A DNA stretch of 64,000 bases from a virus (lineage: Duplodnaviria; Caudoviricetes), in the IMG/VR virus record IMGVR_UViG_3300032247_001693, positions 1 through 64,000 of that record; one strand, written 5' to 3'. This document shows, piece after piece, positions 43,017 to 53,525 of this stretch (position 1 is the first letter of the stretch; each line of letters opens with the position of its first letter). Below the pieces are notes generated by a model. That model made no database searches. It was not told where the DNA came from and worked only from the letters and a program-made list of their open reading frames with translations. The position numbers were made by a program, and so were the translations under genes.

Positions 43017-43340
43017 TTAGTGTCCAAAAACTCCGTATCCATTAGCAACTGGATATAGTCCGCTAGGAAAAAAGGTCCACACTCCATTTATAATTAGCCA
43101 ATTTCCCCCAACCTCTTGTTTTTGAACCAAAACCGGAACCATGTTAACTACTGGTGTTACCACCGGCACATAATTAACATAGTAACTTTGAACTGGAACT
43201 AGAACAACGGGAGATGATGCTACCATAGGAACCCACGGAACAACCACAGGAGTTTGTTGATATTGATGTTTTAACCAACATGGTCCCGCCCCCATAGAAG
43301 TTATTAATATTAATCCAACACATAGAGTTTTCAGTATCAT
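43017..43340 (-). CDS. Secreted/membrane Val-Pro-rich small protein
   Basis: Signal-peptide-like N-terminus followed by VVVPWVP/VVLVPV repeats. Confidence 0.55.
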   Translation of the reverse strand: MILKTLCVGLILITSMGAGPCWLKHQYQQTPVVVPWVPMVASSPVVLVPVQSYYVNYVPVVTPVVNMVPVLVQKQEVGGNWLIINGVWTFFPSGLYPVANGYGVFGH

Positions 43341-43351
43341 AAAAGCCCCCT

Positions 43352-44461
43352 TTAATCTCCAATTCCTGCATCATAGACCTGACCATCGGCCGGGTTAACT
43401 AGATAAGGAACAATATTAGCACTAATGCCCACACTAACAGACTGAACACTACCATCTAACATTCCCATTAAACAAACCCCCGGATGTTCAGTATAGGGCT
43501 CATCATTACTACCAACATTATTAGTTGTCATAGCATATGAAGTCGCCCCAATAGTCTGAGGATTCTTAGTCTGATTATTAATCATCTGCAAAGTTCTAGA
43601 AGAAGCTGTTTCTTCAGCAGGATGACCACTCCAACCAGACGCATTATCTCCATCCGCCCAACGAGCAGGACAAGTTCCCGCTGCTGATCCACCCTGAGCG
43701 GCCGGATGAGTAGTTAGTGATCCATCGGTCCAATTAGAGTCCGCTGTTACTTGAACCATCTTACCACCCCTTAGTTTATACCAATCAGTATTTCCCGTTA
43801 GAGTAGGACTTCTTTTCCCACCATAATAAGAAACCCGGCTAGTATCTTCTGTAAAAACCGCCGTTTTACTTAAACCGTCCCTAATATTAGCTACTCTCTT
43901 AATAATATAACCACTTAAAGCCCCCTCAGCATAACTATTAGCAACAGATGCACCCGCCGCTAATGTTGCAGCATTTCGTTGACCATTAACTGGATTAATA
44001 TCAGTATAAGCAAATGGCATATAATCACTAATACCAAAAGCGGCCGAACCACTTCCCCCAACATCAGTATTGGCTAAACTACTAGCGCACCTAAACAATG
44101 GAATATTATTCATTGCTAAAGTAGCATTATTAGTTGACCAATAAGGTTGATCATTATTCCATGCTGATGCTATATTATTATTTTCCGTAAAAGGCAATAT
44201 AGCCTGAAACAGAGATTGTAAACAAAGAGCCTCCCTTCCACTAGCGAAATTCTTAAACTCCCCGCTATTAGGATAGTATCTATTAGCACTCTCAAAATTA
44301 GCAATACCAAGCGAAATTTGCTTAATATTATTTCCACAACTCATTCTCTGAGCAGCACCCCGCGCCGCTTGAACTGCTGGTAGTAACAAACCTACCAAAG
44401 TCCCGATAATAGCAATAACCACCAACAACTCTACTAGAGTAAAACCTTTTCTTTGCTGCAT
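43352..44461 (-). CDS. DUF1559 prepilin-type N-terminal cleavage/methylation protein with H-X9-DG motif (Planctomycetes-type)
   Basis: [46 protein letters not shown]-terminus; [10 protein letters not shown]-like segment; C-terminal [12 protein letters not shown] (H-X9-DG). Confidence 0.92.
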   Translation of the reverse strand: MQQRKGFTLVELLVVIAIIGTLVGLLLPAVQAARGAAQRMSCGNNIKQISLGIANFESANRYYPNSGEFKNFASGREALCLQSLFQAILPFTENNNIASAWNNDQPYWSTNNATLAMNNIPLFRCASSLANTDVGGSGSAAFGISDYMPFAYTDINPVNGQRNAATLAAGASVANSYAEGALSGYIIKRVANIRDGLSKTAVFTEDTSRVSYYGGKRSPTLTGNTDWYKLRGGKMVQVTADSNWTDGSLTTHPAAQGGSAAGTCPARWADGDNASGWSGHPAEETASSRTLQMINNQTKNPQTIGATSYAMTTNNVGSNDEPYTEHPGVCLMGMLDGSVQSVSVGISANIVPYLVNPADGQVYDAGIGD

Positions 44462-44502
44462 AAAATCTCCTTATATAAATTAAAAAGTAAAATTAAAAAC
44501 AA

Positions 44503-44760
44503 TTATAGACCACTTTCCGACACAACCGACGAACTAACATTATCACTACCAACCTCACTAGGAGCAAGAACTTTCTTAACTGGTCGCCCCCTTGGTTTAC
44601 TTAACAACAACTTTCTTCGTTGTCTTCGTACCATAGCGGTACTAATCTTTTGACCACTAATTTGGCTTAATTTAACGGCCAATTCCTCATCAGGAATCGA
44701 AACATGATTATTTCTAATATATTCTATCTCATTTTGAGACCATTTTTTGTAAACTGACAT
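44503..44760 (-). CDS. Small HTH-like DNA-binding protein
   Basis: KKWSQNEIEYIRNN...DEELA.KLS...STAMVRRQRRKL; Myb/HTH-like pattern with a basic PRGRP tail. Confidence 0.55.
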   Translation of the reverse strand: MSVYKKWSQNEIEYIRNNHVSIPDEELAVKLSQISGQKISTAMVRRQRRKLLLSKPRGRPVKKVLAPSEVGSDNVSSSVVSESGL

Positions 44761-44984
44761 TTAATTCTCCTTTTGGTGTTATAAATATTGACAAGTTATG
44801 TCCCAACTCATATTATATTATTAGTTGGCAACTTTTTCGCAAGGAGAGAAAATGTTAAAAGGTACAAATTTCAACATAGTTGGTTCAGTTTTGAGCGTTA
44901 AAGCCTCTGGTTCGGCCGATTACGACCAAAGGATAAAAGAAGAACTAAATTTACCAATAGGAAAAAGCATAGCGCAATTATTAG

Positions 44985-45653
44985 ATGAAGAAAAAACCCA
45001 AAACAGAAAATGATAATATATCTTTGCCTAATGGGGTAACCCAAGAACAATTTTTAGAAGTATTAGATAATATAAGCAAAAGATTAGGACACAAGTTCAA
45101 ATTTGCTTATCACGACTTTTCCGACATGAAACAACAAGCGGCCATTTTTGCCCTAGAGGGTTTACAAAATTATGATAATAGTCGCCCCCTAGAAAACTTC
45201 TTATGGACCCACGTTAGAAATCGCCTCTTTAATTACAAACGTAACAATTATCAAAGGCCCGACAAACCCTGCTTAACTTGTCCCCTCTTTGATAAAAACT
45301 ATAAACTTTCTAAAAACCAGTGTTCAAAATATATTGATAAAGAAGAATGCGAACTATATATTTCATGGTTTAAAAGAAATGAAAATAAAAAGAATATTAT
45401 TCAGCCCTCATCTATGGAAGCCGATACCCACACCAACAAAAAGAAAGATGTCGTTTCTTTACTCCAAGACAAAGAGATTATAGATTTTCTTGATGGTAAT
45501 ATAAAATCGGAATTTAGAGAGTCTTATTTAAAATTAAAGCACGGACTCAAAATCCCCAAACAACAGTTATTAAAACTTAAAGCCCACATCTTATTAATAA
45601 TGGAGGAGTCCCAATGGAACCAGTTAAAATTCCACGAAAACGAGGACAACTAA
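44985..45653 (+). CDS. Phage sigma70/ECF-like sigma factor (region 2)
   Basis: DMKQQAAIFALEGLQNYDNSRPLENFLWTHVRNRLFNYKR matches the sigma region-2 pattern; it is the first large gene after the strand switch. Confidence 0.7.
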   Translation: MKKKPKTENDNISLPNGVTQEQFLEVLDNISKRLGHKFKFAYHDFSDMKQQAAIFALEGLQNYDNSRPLENFLWTHVRNRLFNYKRNNYQRPDKPCLTCPLFDKNYKLSKNQCSKYIDKEECELYISWFKRNENKKNIIQPSSMEADTHTNKKKDVVSLLQDKEIIDFLDGNIKSEFRESYLKLKHGLKIPKQQLLKLKAHILLIMEESQWNQLKFHENEDN

Positions 45654-46441
45654 GTTTAGAAGAAGAAAAATATATTACGGACAATTTTGGCGCCCTAGCA
45701 ATAGAACAAATAGCCAACAACCTTAACCGTAATCCTGCACCAATCCAAAGATTTATTACCGAAAACCGTTTATATAATAATGAAGAAAAAGATGGCGACG
45801 AATTTTTAAGACAAAAACTATATAGTAAAACGTTTTGGAGCGAGGTACGTAGACAATTTGATGTTGATTCGGGCGAACTCCAATATTTCGAGGATACGTG
45901 GATTGGTCTTATTAAACAATTCCGCGAGGATGTTTTGCCCGCCGAAGAACTCCAAATCAAACAATTTATCACCATAGATATTCTTATTAATAGGAGTATG
46001 AAGGAAAGAAAGCGCCATATTAGTGAAACTGAAAAACTACAAAAAGTTGTTGACAAAGAATATGATAAGCCCGAAGATCAAAGAGATGTTGCTCGCTTAA
46101 TGAACTTAGAACAACAGTTAAGTTTTGCACGAAATAGTATTGCTAATTATACCAACGAATATACCAAACTGCTAAATGAACAACAAAAAATTAGCAAAGA
46201 CTTAAAGGCTACCAGAGAACAAAGAATCAAAAGAATAGAAGATGGCAAAAGCTCTTGGGTTGGCCTTATTCGGATGTTAGAGGACGAGACAATAAGAGAG
46301 CGAGAAGGCAAAGAGATGGAAATTATCAATATGGCAACTGGTAAATTCCGAAAACAACTTCAAGAATATCATTCTTATCAGGATAATACTATAGACATCC
46401 CCTTTTTAACCCCGGACACAATAGAGGAAAGAAATGACTAA
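45614..46441 (+). CDS. HTH plus coiled-coil protein, possible terminase small subunit
   Basis: N-terminal HTH-like LSLEEEKYI...IEQIANNLNRNP, long coiled-coil, upstream of the large terminase. The function is inferred from position. Confidence 0.4.
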   Translation: MEPVKIPRKRGQLSLEEEKYITDNFGALAIEQIANNLNRNPAPIQRFITENRLYNNEEKDGDEFLRQKLYSKTFWSEVRRQFDVDSGELQYFEDTWIGLIKQFREDVLPAEELQIKQFITIDILINRSMKERKRHISETEKLQKVVDKEYDKPEDQRDVARLMNLEQQLSFARNSIANYTNEYTKLLNEQQKISKDLKATREQRIKRIEDGKSSWVGLIRMLEDETIREREGKEMEIINMATGKFRKQLQEYHSYQDNTIDIPFLTPDTIEERND

Positions 46442-47429
46442 AAAAGCTTTAATAACGGGAATAACCGGCCAAGATGGATCCTATTTAGCAGAAAATCTAT
46501 TAGGCAAAGATTATAAGGTAGTGGGGCTACATAGAAGAAGTAGTGTTAATAATTTCGAGAGAATAAAGCATCTACTTAATAATAAGAATTTTATATTAGA
46601 GGAATTTGATCTTACTGATCCTAGCGACTGTTCTTATATTATTGAAAAATATCAACCCGATGAATTATATAATTTGGCGGCCCAAAGTCATGTTGCTACC
46701 AGTTTTAAGCAACCAACAACAACCTTTGAAATTAATACTGTGGGGGTTATTAACTTGTTGGAGGCTTTACGGGTTAGGTCACCTCATACCCGGTTTTATC
46801 AGGCATCTACTAGTGAAATGTTTGGGGAAAATTATGATGGGGCCGAAGGAGCAAAATATCAGAACGAAAATACTTCATTCTTACCTCAGAGTCCTTACGC
46901 TGTTGCTAAATTAGCTAGTCATCGCATGGTTCAAATAACACGGGAATCTTACGGGTCTTTTGCTTGTTCGGGTATTTTATTTAATCACGAGAGTCCTCGA
47001 CGGGGCGAAAATTTTGTTACTCGAAAAATTACAAAATATATTGGGGGATTAGCTAACGGAATTATTGATAAGTCTGTAAAATTAAAGTTGGGAAATATCG
47101 AGGCAACAAGAGACTGGGGTCATGCTAAAGATTATGTTGAGGCTATGTATCTTATGCTTCAACAAGATGTTGCTAGTGATTATGTAGTAGCAACGGGTCA
47201 AGCTTATACTGTTAGGGAATTTTTAGATAAAGCTTTTAGTTGTATTAATCTAGACTATAAAAATTATATAGAAATAGATCCTGAACTTTATAGGCCAGCA
47301 GAAGTAGTTTACCTTAAGGGAGATAGTTCAAAAGCCCACCAAAGACTAGGGTGGAAGCCAACTATTTCTTTAGACTCTTTGGTTGAAGATATGGTATTTA
47401 GTGATATAAGGGCCAATAAAAGTGTATAG
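46434..47429 (+). CDS. gmd: GDP-mannose 4,6-dehydratase
   Basis: ALITGITGQDGSYLAE, YNLAAQSHV, YQASTSEMFG, SPYAVAK, NHESPRRGENFVTRK and RDWGHAKDY motifs. Confidence 0.95.
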   Translation: MTKKALITGITGQDGSYLAENLLGKDYKVVGLHRRSSVNNFERIKHLLNNKNFILEEFDLTDPSDCSYIIEKYQPDELYNLAAQSHVATSFKQPTTTFEINTVGVINLLEALRVRSPHTRFYQASTSEMFGENYDGAEGAKYQNENTSFLPQSPYAVAKLASHRMVQITRESYGSFACSGILFNHESPRRGENFVTRKITKYIGGLANGIIDKSVKLKLGNIEATRDWGHAKDYVEAMYLMLQQDVASDYVVATGQAYTVREFLDKAFSCINLDYKNYIEIDPELYRPAEVVYLKGDSSKAHQRLGWKPTISLDSLVEDMVFSDIRANKSV

Positions 47430-47694
47430 AAACTTTGAAGATCCTCAATATAAAAAATGGAGAAAAGAAGTTTACAAAAGAGACAAGCATACTTGTCAGT
47501 GGCCGGGATGTTCTTGTAAGAAAAGATTAAATGCTCACCATATTAAAACTTGGGCAAATTTTCCAGGTTTAAGATTCGATATTAATAACGGGATTACTCT
47601 CTGTTATGATCATCATAAATCTATTAAAGGTATGGAAGAAATTTATTCATCAGTTTTCCTTCAAATGGCAATAAATAATGCTAAACCAAAATGA
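47422..47694 (+). CDS. Small HNH endonuclease (packaging-associated type)
   Basis: W..W...V..RD..TCQ...C...LNAHHI...NG.TLC..HH. Confidence 0.8.
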   Translation: MYRNFEDPQYKKWRKEVYKRDKHTCQWPGCSCKKRLNAHHIKTWANFPGLRFDINNGITLCYDHHKSIKGMEEIYSSVFLQMAINNAKPK

Positions 47695-48157
47695 ATTTAC
47701 AATAATAGTTGATACTAGAGAGCAACAACCGTGGACTTTTGATCATTACGCGGTAGCAAAAAGGAAATTAGATACCGGAGACTATAGCATAGAGGGCTTA
47801 GAATCAGTATTAGCTATAGAACGAAAGAAAAGTGTTAGCGAAATAGCAAATAATATCACGGAATCTAGATTTCAAGATGTTGTAGAAAGATTGAGTCAAC
47901 TTAAACATTCATTTATTTTATTTGAATTTGATCTAGAAGATGTTCTAGTTTATCCCATAGGTTCTAGCTTGCCTAAAAAAATGTGGAATAAGATTAGAGT
48001 TACTCCAGCATTTATAATGAAACATATACTAGAACTACAATTAAACCACAATATTAAAATCGTATTTTGTGGTTCTGCTAGTAATGCTGAAAAAATGGCA
48101 GAATATATTATGAAAAAAATCTATTATATAGAAAAAATTAAAGATACCAATGGATGA
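47678..48157 (+). CDS. ERCC4-domain nuclease
   Basis: IIVDTREQ, LDTGDYSI and IERKKS..E motifs. Confidence 0.85.
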   Translation: MLNQNEFTIIVDTREQQPWTFDHYAVAKRKLDTGDYSIEGLESVLAIERKKSVSEIANNITESRFQDVVERLSQLKHSFILFEFDLEDVLVYPIGSSLPKKMWNKIRVTPAFIMKHILELQLNHNIKIVFCGSASNAEKMAEYIMKKIYYIEKIKDTNG

Positions 48158-51100
48158 TCATAAAAAAATATACGAAGACGCATGGTTAGGATTAGGAGAT
48201 ATATCTCTAATTACTTTTGATCATAATCTTATGATTAATAGGTCTAGGGAAGATATAGAAAATCCAGACCTTCATCTAATGAGACTGTTACGAGATCCAA
48301 AATATTTAGGAACAACATGTAAATTATTATTCAATATTGAATTACATCCTATACAAGTAGCCATCTTACAAGAGTTTTGGGTAAGAGCATTTCCGATGTT
48401 TATTGCGAGTAGAGGATTTGGTAAAGCTTTATCTCCAGATACTCCAGTACTATCTGAACATGGATGGAAGAACATAAAAGATATATCTGCTGGAGAAAGA
48501 GTCTATGGTTCAGATGGACAACTGACTAATGTTACTGGAACTACAATAGAGCAGAAAAATTTAAAATTTTATAAAATTACACTTAGAGACAATAGGACCA
48601 TAAGATGTTGTGAAGATCATTTATGGAAAATTTGGGATAAAAATCAAAATAGAAATAATAAACAAAATAACTATACAACTATTTCTACTAAAGAAATGTT
48701 TAAAAATTATTACTGGGATCGTACAGGAGAAAAAAGTAATGGCAAAGAATTTAGATATGCTTTACCTATTAATAAACCTATATCTAATTGGCCTAAAATA
48801 ACACATATAATACATCCATACATAGTAGGAGTACTTTTGGGAGATGGTTGTTTAACTCAAAAAACAATTACAATAACTTCAAGAGACCAAGAAATTATAG
48901 ATAGAGTTAATAGTTTACTTCCTAATGGATATAAAGCAATAAAACATAAATCTTCATTATGCTCTTTTGGTATTAAAAGAACTGACAAGAAATTACCAGC
49001 ATTTTATAAACTATGTGAACAGATAGGTATATGGAAATATAATTCTAGCACTAAATTCATACCAAAAGATTATCAGTTTTGTTCTATTGAACAAAGACTA
49101 GACTTATTAAAAGGGTTAATGGATACGGATGGATATTCTGACAGGACAATAAAAGAATACTATACAATTTCTCAGCAATTATCAGACGATTTTCTAAATG
49201 TTGCTAGGTCTCTAGGATTTCATTGCAAGCATACCATTAAAGAATCTTGGATAAAAGATACTCAATATTCTGATTGTCATAGGATATCTATTTATACTAA
49301 CGAACCCATTTTCTATTTATCTCGAAAATTAGAATATTTAAACTATAGCGTTTCTAAACAAGGTCAATCTAAATACGATAAAGTATTTATTATTGATATT
49401 CAAGAAGACGGTTATGATAATGGATATTGTATATCTGTAGACAATAAAGATAAAACATATATTATAAAAGACTATATTGTAACCCATAATTCTTTTATCA
49501 TGGCGCTATATTGTATTTTAAGATGTACATTTTTCCCAGGAACAAAAATAGTAGTAGTGGGCGCTGCTTTTAGACAGAGTAAAATCATATTTGAATATAT
49601 GGAAACTATATGGAGAAATAGTCCCATATTAAGAAGTATATTTAATAGCAATAATGATGGTCCACGAAGAGACGTTGATCGTTGTACCATGAGATTAGGA
49701 GATAGCTGGACAATAGCTATTCCTATGGGTGACGGTTCCAAGATCAGAGGATTACGTGCTCATATAATTATTGCAGATGAATTTGCGTCTATATCTCCTG
49801 ATATTTACGAGACAGTAGTATCAGGATTTGCTGCCGTATCTGCTAATCCAATACAAAATGTAAAAGAATTTGCAAAAAAGAAAGCTATGACAGAAGCGGG
49901 ATTGTGGAATCCAGAATTAGAAGCTCTTAATACAAAAATGGGAAATCAAGCCATAATATCAGGAACAGCAGATTATGACTTTAAACATTTTGCAGGCTAT
50001 TGGAAAAGATATAAGGGAATTATACAAAGTAGGGGAGATAAACAAAAACTAGAAGAATTATTTAAGGGAGAAGTTCCAGATAATTTTAATTGGAAAGACT
50101 ATAGTATTATTAGAATACCCTATGAATTAATTCCAAAAGGATTTATGGATGATAAGCAGGTATCGAGAGCTAAAGCTACAATTCATACTGGCATATATAA
50201 TATGGAATATGGGGCATGTTTTATGAGTGATAGTGAAGGATTCTTTAGAAGAAGATTGATTGAGAGTTGTGTAGTTTCTGAAAATAATCCAATAATCATA
50301 GATAATAAACAAATACTATTTGAGTCAGCAGTTGTTGGAAATCCAAACTCTCAATATATTTATGGAATCGACCCCGCTAGTGAACAAGATAATTTTAGCA
50401 TAATAATATTAGAAGTTTTTCCTACTCATGCTAGAGTGGTATATTGTTGGACTACTAATAGAAATAATTTTAAAGAAAGACTAAAAACAGGACTAGTAAA
50501 AGAACATGATTTTTATGGATTCTGTGCTAGAAAAATTAGAAACTTAATGAAAGTATTTCCTTGTATTAGAATTGGTCTAGATGCTCAGGGTGGAGGAGTA
50601 GCTATTGAAGAGGCGCTACACGATCCCTCTAAGCTAGAAGAAGGAGAACATTTAATTTGGCCCGCAATAGACCCTGATAAATCTAAAGACACTGATGATC
50701 AAACAGGATTACATATTTTAGAATTAGTTCAGTTTGCCAAAGCAGAATGGACAGCTCAGGCTAATCACGGATTAAGAAAAGACTTAGAAGATAAAGTTTT
50801 ATTATTTCCAAGATTTGATAATTTAACATTAGGATTAGCTTTAGATAGTGAAGGACAAGATATATTAAACTCTGATATGAAAAATTTATATGATAATCCT
50901 AGTGAATGTATTTTAGAAATAGAAGAACTAAAGAATGAATTAACAACTATTGTTATGACTCAAACTAGTACTGGTCCTAATGCTAGAGATCGTTGGGATA
51001 CTCCAGAAATTAAAATGCCCAATGGTAAAAAGGGTAGATTAAGAAAAGATCGTTATAGTTCATTAATTATAGCAAATATGTTAGCTAGACAATTAAATAG

Positions 51101-51242
51101 AATTTTACAGCCAGTAATCTATGAAGTTGTTGGGGGAAATGCCAGAAACATGCTTAAAAATCAAGGAGCAATGTACAAGGGGCCAGATTGGTTCACCAGT
51201 GGTGGGGCTAATGATGATTCCTATGTCGGAGTTTATAGATAA
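48150..51242 (+). CDS. terL: Terminase large subunit, intein-interrupted
   Basis: Walker A ASRGFGK|S is split by an intein; RGLRAHIIIADEF Walker B; GIDPA...D RNase H-like nuclease motif; KDRYS C-terminal motif. Confidence 0.9.
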   Translation: MDDHKKIYEDAWLGLGDISLITFDHNLMINRSREDIENPDLHLMRLLRDPKYLGTTCKLLFNIELHPIQVAILQEFWVRAFPMFIASRGFGKALSPDTPVLSEHGWKNIKDISAGERVYGSDGQLTNVTGTTIEQKNLKFYKITLRDNRTIRCCEDHLWKIWDKNQNRNNKQNNYTTISTKEMFKNYYWDRTGEKSNGKEFRYALPINKPISNWPKITHIIHPYIVGVLLGDGCLTQKTITITSRDQEIIDRVNSLLPNGYKAIKHKSSLCSFGIKRTDKKLPAFYKLCEQIGIWKYNSSTKFIPKDYQFCSIEQRLDLLKGLMDTDGYSDRTIKEYYTISQQLSDDFLNVARSLGFHCKHTIKESWIKDTQYSDCHRISIYTNEPIFYLSRKLEYLNYSVSKQGQSKYDKVFIIDIQEDGYDNGYCISVDNKDKTYIIKDYIVTHNSFIMALYCILRCTFFPGTKIVVVGAAFRQSKIIFEYMETIWRNSPILRSIFNSNNDGPRRDVDRCTMRLGDSWTIAIPMGDGSKIRGLRAHIIIADEFASISPDIYETVVSGFAAVSANPIQNVKEFAKKKAMTEAGLWNPELEALNTKMGNQAIISGTADYDFKHFAGYWKRYKGIIQSRGDKQKLEELFKGEVPDNFNWKDYSIIRIPYELIPKGFMDDKQVSRAKATIHTGIYNMEYGACFMSDSEGFFRRRLIESCVVSENNPIIIDNKQILFESAVVGNPNSQYIYGIDPASEQDNFSIIILEVFPTHARVVYCWTTNRNNFKERLKTGLVKEHDFYGFCARKIRNLMKVFPCIRIGLDAQGGGVAIEEALHDPSKLEEGEHLIWPAIDPDKSKDTDDQTGLHILELVQFAKAEWTAQANHGLRKDLEDKVLLFPRFDNLTLGLALDSEGQDILNSDMKNLYDNPSECILEIEELKNELTTIVMTQTSTGPNARDRWDTPEIKMPNGKKGRLRKDRYSSLIIANMLARQLNRILQPVIYEVVGGNARNMLKNQGAMYKGPDWFTSGGANDDSYVGVYR
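48426..49490 (+). mobile_element. Intein (355 aa) with LAGLIDADG endonuclease, Ala1 class 3-type
   Basis: Begins ALSPDTPV directly after GFGK and ends YIVTHN before Ser+1. LAGLIDADG motifs YIVGVLLGDGC and LKGLMDTDG. Block B HLW, block F GYCISVD, block G VTHN. Confidence 0.88.
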
Positions 51243-51305
51243 ATTGGTGTAATACTAATATGATTCAAATGCATTTCAATCAAAAAATTTAGATAATAAA
51301 TAATT

Positions 51306-53522
51306 ATGGCTAAAAAATATCCCAAAAGTGAAATTATACAAAATGCTTCAGCAGTAGTACCTGAAGAAGCTTATGTTACTTGGGGAGATGACTTACAAAG
51401 TAAACAAGATGCCATAACAAAATCAGCAGGTTCTTTAGAAGAATTCGTAGGAATACACAAAGCAGAAGCTGCTGGAAGAAGATATAGTTTAGATTATTCA
51501 AATTTAAGTCCAAATACTTCTGGTAGGCCGGGACTAACAAGATCAGACTACTATTATTTTCGTCCGGACGAAGCTCCTCCAAAAGATCTTAAACTAATTA
51601 TTAGAAGATCAGAAGATATTTATCAAAAGGTAGGATTAGTAAAAAATGTTATTGATTTGATGGGTGATTTTGCTGCTCAGGGAGTAAGAATTGTTCATAG
51701 AAATAAAAGAATTGAAAGATTTTATAAGCAGTGGTTTAAAAAAATTAGAGGAAAAGATAGAAGCGAAAGATTTCTTAATAATTTATATAAGACTGGTAAT
51801 GTTGTTGTTAGCAAACAGACAGCTAAACTTAGCCTAAGAGTTTCCGATAAATTATATCAATCAATAGCTAGTCCAGATATACAAGTACAAGACTTAGACA
51901 TTATAAGAACGGAAAAAAGAGAAATTCCTTGGGTCTATACCTTTATTGATCCTGTTTTAGTAGAGGTTGCAGCAGGATCACTATCTTCTTTTGTTAATGA
52001 TTCTCAAAAAAGATACGAATTAACTCTTCCAGCTAATTTAAGAAGAACCATAGTAACTCCAAAAACAGAATCTGAAAAAGCTGTTGTTTCACAGCTACCT
52101 TTGGTGATTATTGAAGCAGCAAAAAACAAGACTAGATATCCTTTGGATCCAGAAAAAACATCAGTCTTCCATTATAAGAAAGATGATTGGCAAACTTGGG
52201 CCTATCCAATGGTATATGCTATTATGGATGATATTACTGTTTTAGAAAAATTAAAACTAGCAGATATGGCCGCTTTAGATGGTGCTATTTCTAATATTAG
52301 AATTTTTAAATTAGGAAGCTTAGAACATAAAATCGCTCCAACAAAAGCAGCTACCGCTAAACTAGCTAGTATTTTAGGTAATAATGTTGGAGGAGGAACA
52401 ATGGATATTGTTTGGGGGCCAGATCTTGAGCTGATCGAATCCAAAACAACAGTTCATAATTTCTTAGGTGAAAGTAAATATATTCCTCATTTAAATTCTG
52501 TTTATGCAGGATTAGGAATTCCTCCTACTCTAACTGGAACTTTCGGAGCTAGCGGAACAACAAACAATTTTATTAGCTTAAAAACTCTTACTCAAAGACT
52601 ACAGTATGGAAGAGATGTTTTAGTAAGTTTTTGGGAAAAAGAAATTGAACAAGTTCAAAAAGCAATGGGTTTTAAATATGCCGCTAAAATAGAGTTTGAT
52701 AGGATGGATCTAAGTAATGAAGATACAGAAAAAGCTCTATTAATTCAACTAGCGGATAGAAATATTGTATCTGATGAAGTTATTCAAGGTAGATTTGGTT
52801 TTGATTCAGAAATGGAAAAGACCAGACTTAATAGAGAAAATAAAGATAGAAAAACAAATAGAATGGTCAATAAAGCTGGTCCTTGGTTTGATCCTCAATT
52901 TAGCAACTCTTTGAAGAAGATAGCTCTACAAACAGGGGTAGTAGCTCCTAGCCAAGTAGGACTAGAATTAGACAAGAAGAAATCTGGGGAAAAAACGGCT
53001 ATGGAATTAAAGATTCCTCCTATGGGTGCTTCTCCTCCTACTAAGCTTGGCAACGCTCCGGTTTCGGATGCGTTGCCTAAAGAAGCTGGTGATGGTAGGC
53101 CAAAAATGGCGAAAGACACACAAAAAAGAAAAACGAAAACCTTCAAACCCCGAACTGGAGCTAAATTAACTATCTGGGCCAATGCAGCACAAGATAAAAT
53201 TAGTGACATTATTAATCCAGTATTATTAGAATTCTATAATAAGAAAAATTTAAGAAGTTTATCTAATAATGAAAGTCAAGAATTAGAGATAGTTAAAACA
53301 AATATATTGTTTAGTATACTCCCCGATTCTAAAATAAATGAAGATATAATAGTTAATGCCTTTAATAAGACGCCCCAAACACAATCATTATCTGCACAAT
53401 ATTATTCTTGGCTTAAAAATCTACAGTCTGATCTTGGTCGAGAATTATCTGTTGATGAAAATAGACAAGCTAAAGCTACTTTTTATTCTATGGTGTATGG
53501 TGATTCTATAACCGAGGAGTAA
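51306..53522 (+). CDS. Portal protein
   Basis: 738-aa ORF directly after terL and before the protease/MCP genes; portal-like helical core. Inferred mainly from synteny. Confidence 0.75.
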   Translation: MAKKYPKSEIIQNASAVVPEEAYVTWGDDLQSKQDAITKSAGSLEEFVGIHKAEAAGRRYSLDYSNLSPNTSGRPGLTRSDYYYFRPDEAPPKDLKLIIRRSEDIYQKVGLVKNVIDLMGDFAAQGVRIVHRNKRIERFYKQWFKKIRGKDRSERFLNNLYKTGNVVVSKQTAKLSLRVSDKLYQSIASPDIQVQDLDIIRTEKREIPWVYTFIDPVLVEVAAGSLSSFVNDSQKRYELTLPANLRRTIVTPKTESEKAVVSQLPLVIIEAAKNKTRYPLDPEKTSVFHYKKDDWQTWAYPMVYAIMDDITVLEKLKLADMAALDGAISNIRIFKLGSLEHKIAPTKAATAKLASILGNNVGGGTMDIVWGPDLELIESKTTVHNFLGESKYIPHLNSVYAGLGIPPTLTGTFGASGTTNNFISLKTLTQRLQYGRDVLVSFWEKEIEQVQKAMGFKYAAKIEFDRMDLSNEDTEKALLIQLADRNIVSDEVIQGRFGFDSEMEKTRLNRENKDRKTNRMVNKAGPWFDPQFSNSLKKIALQTGVVAPSQVGLELDKKKSGEKTAMELKIPPMGASPPTKLGNAPVSDALPKEAGDGRPKMAKDTQKRKTKTFKPRTGAKLTIWANAAQDKISDIINPVLLEFYNKKNLRSLSNNESQELEIVKTNILFSILPDSKINEDIIVNAFNKTPQTQSLSAQYYSWLKNLQSDLGRELSVDENRQAKATFYSMVYGDSITEE

Positions 53523-53525
53523 ATT

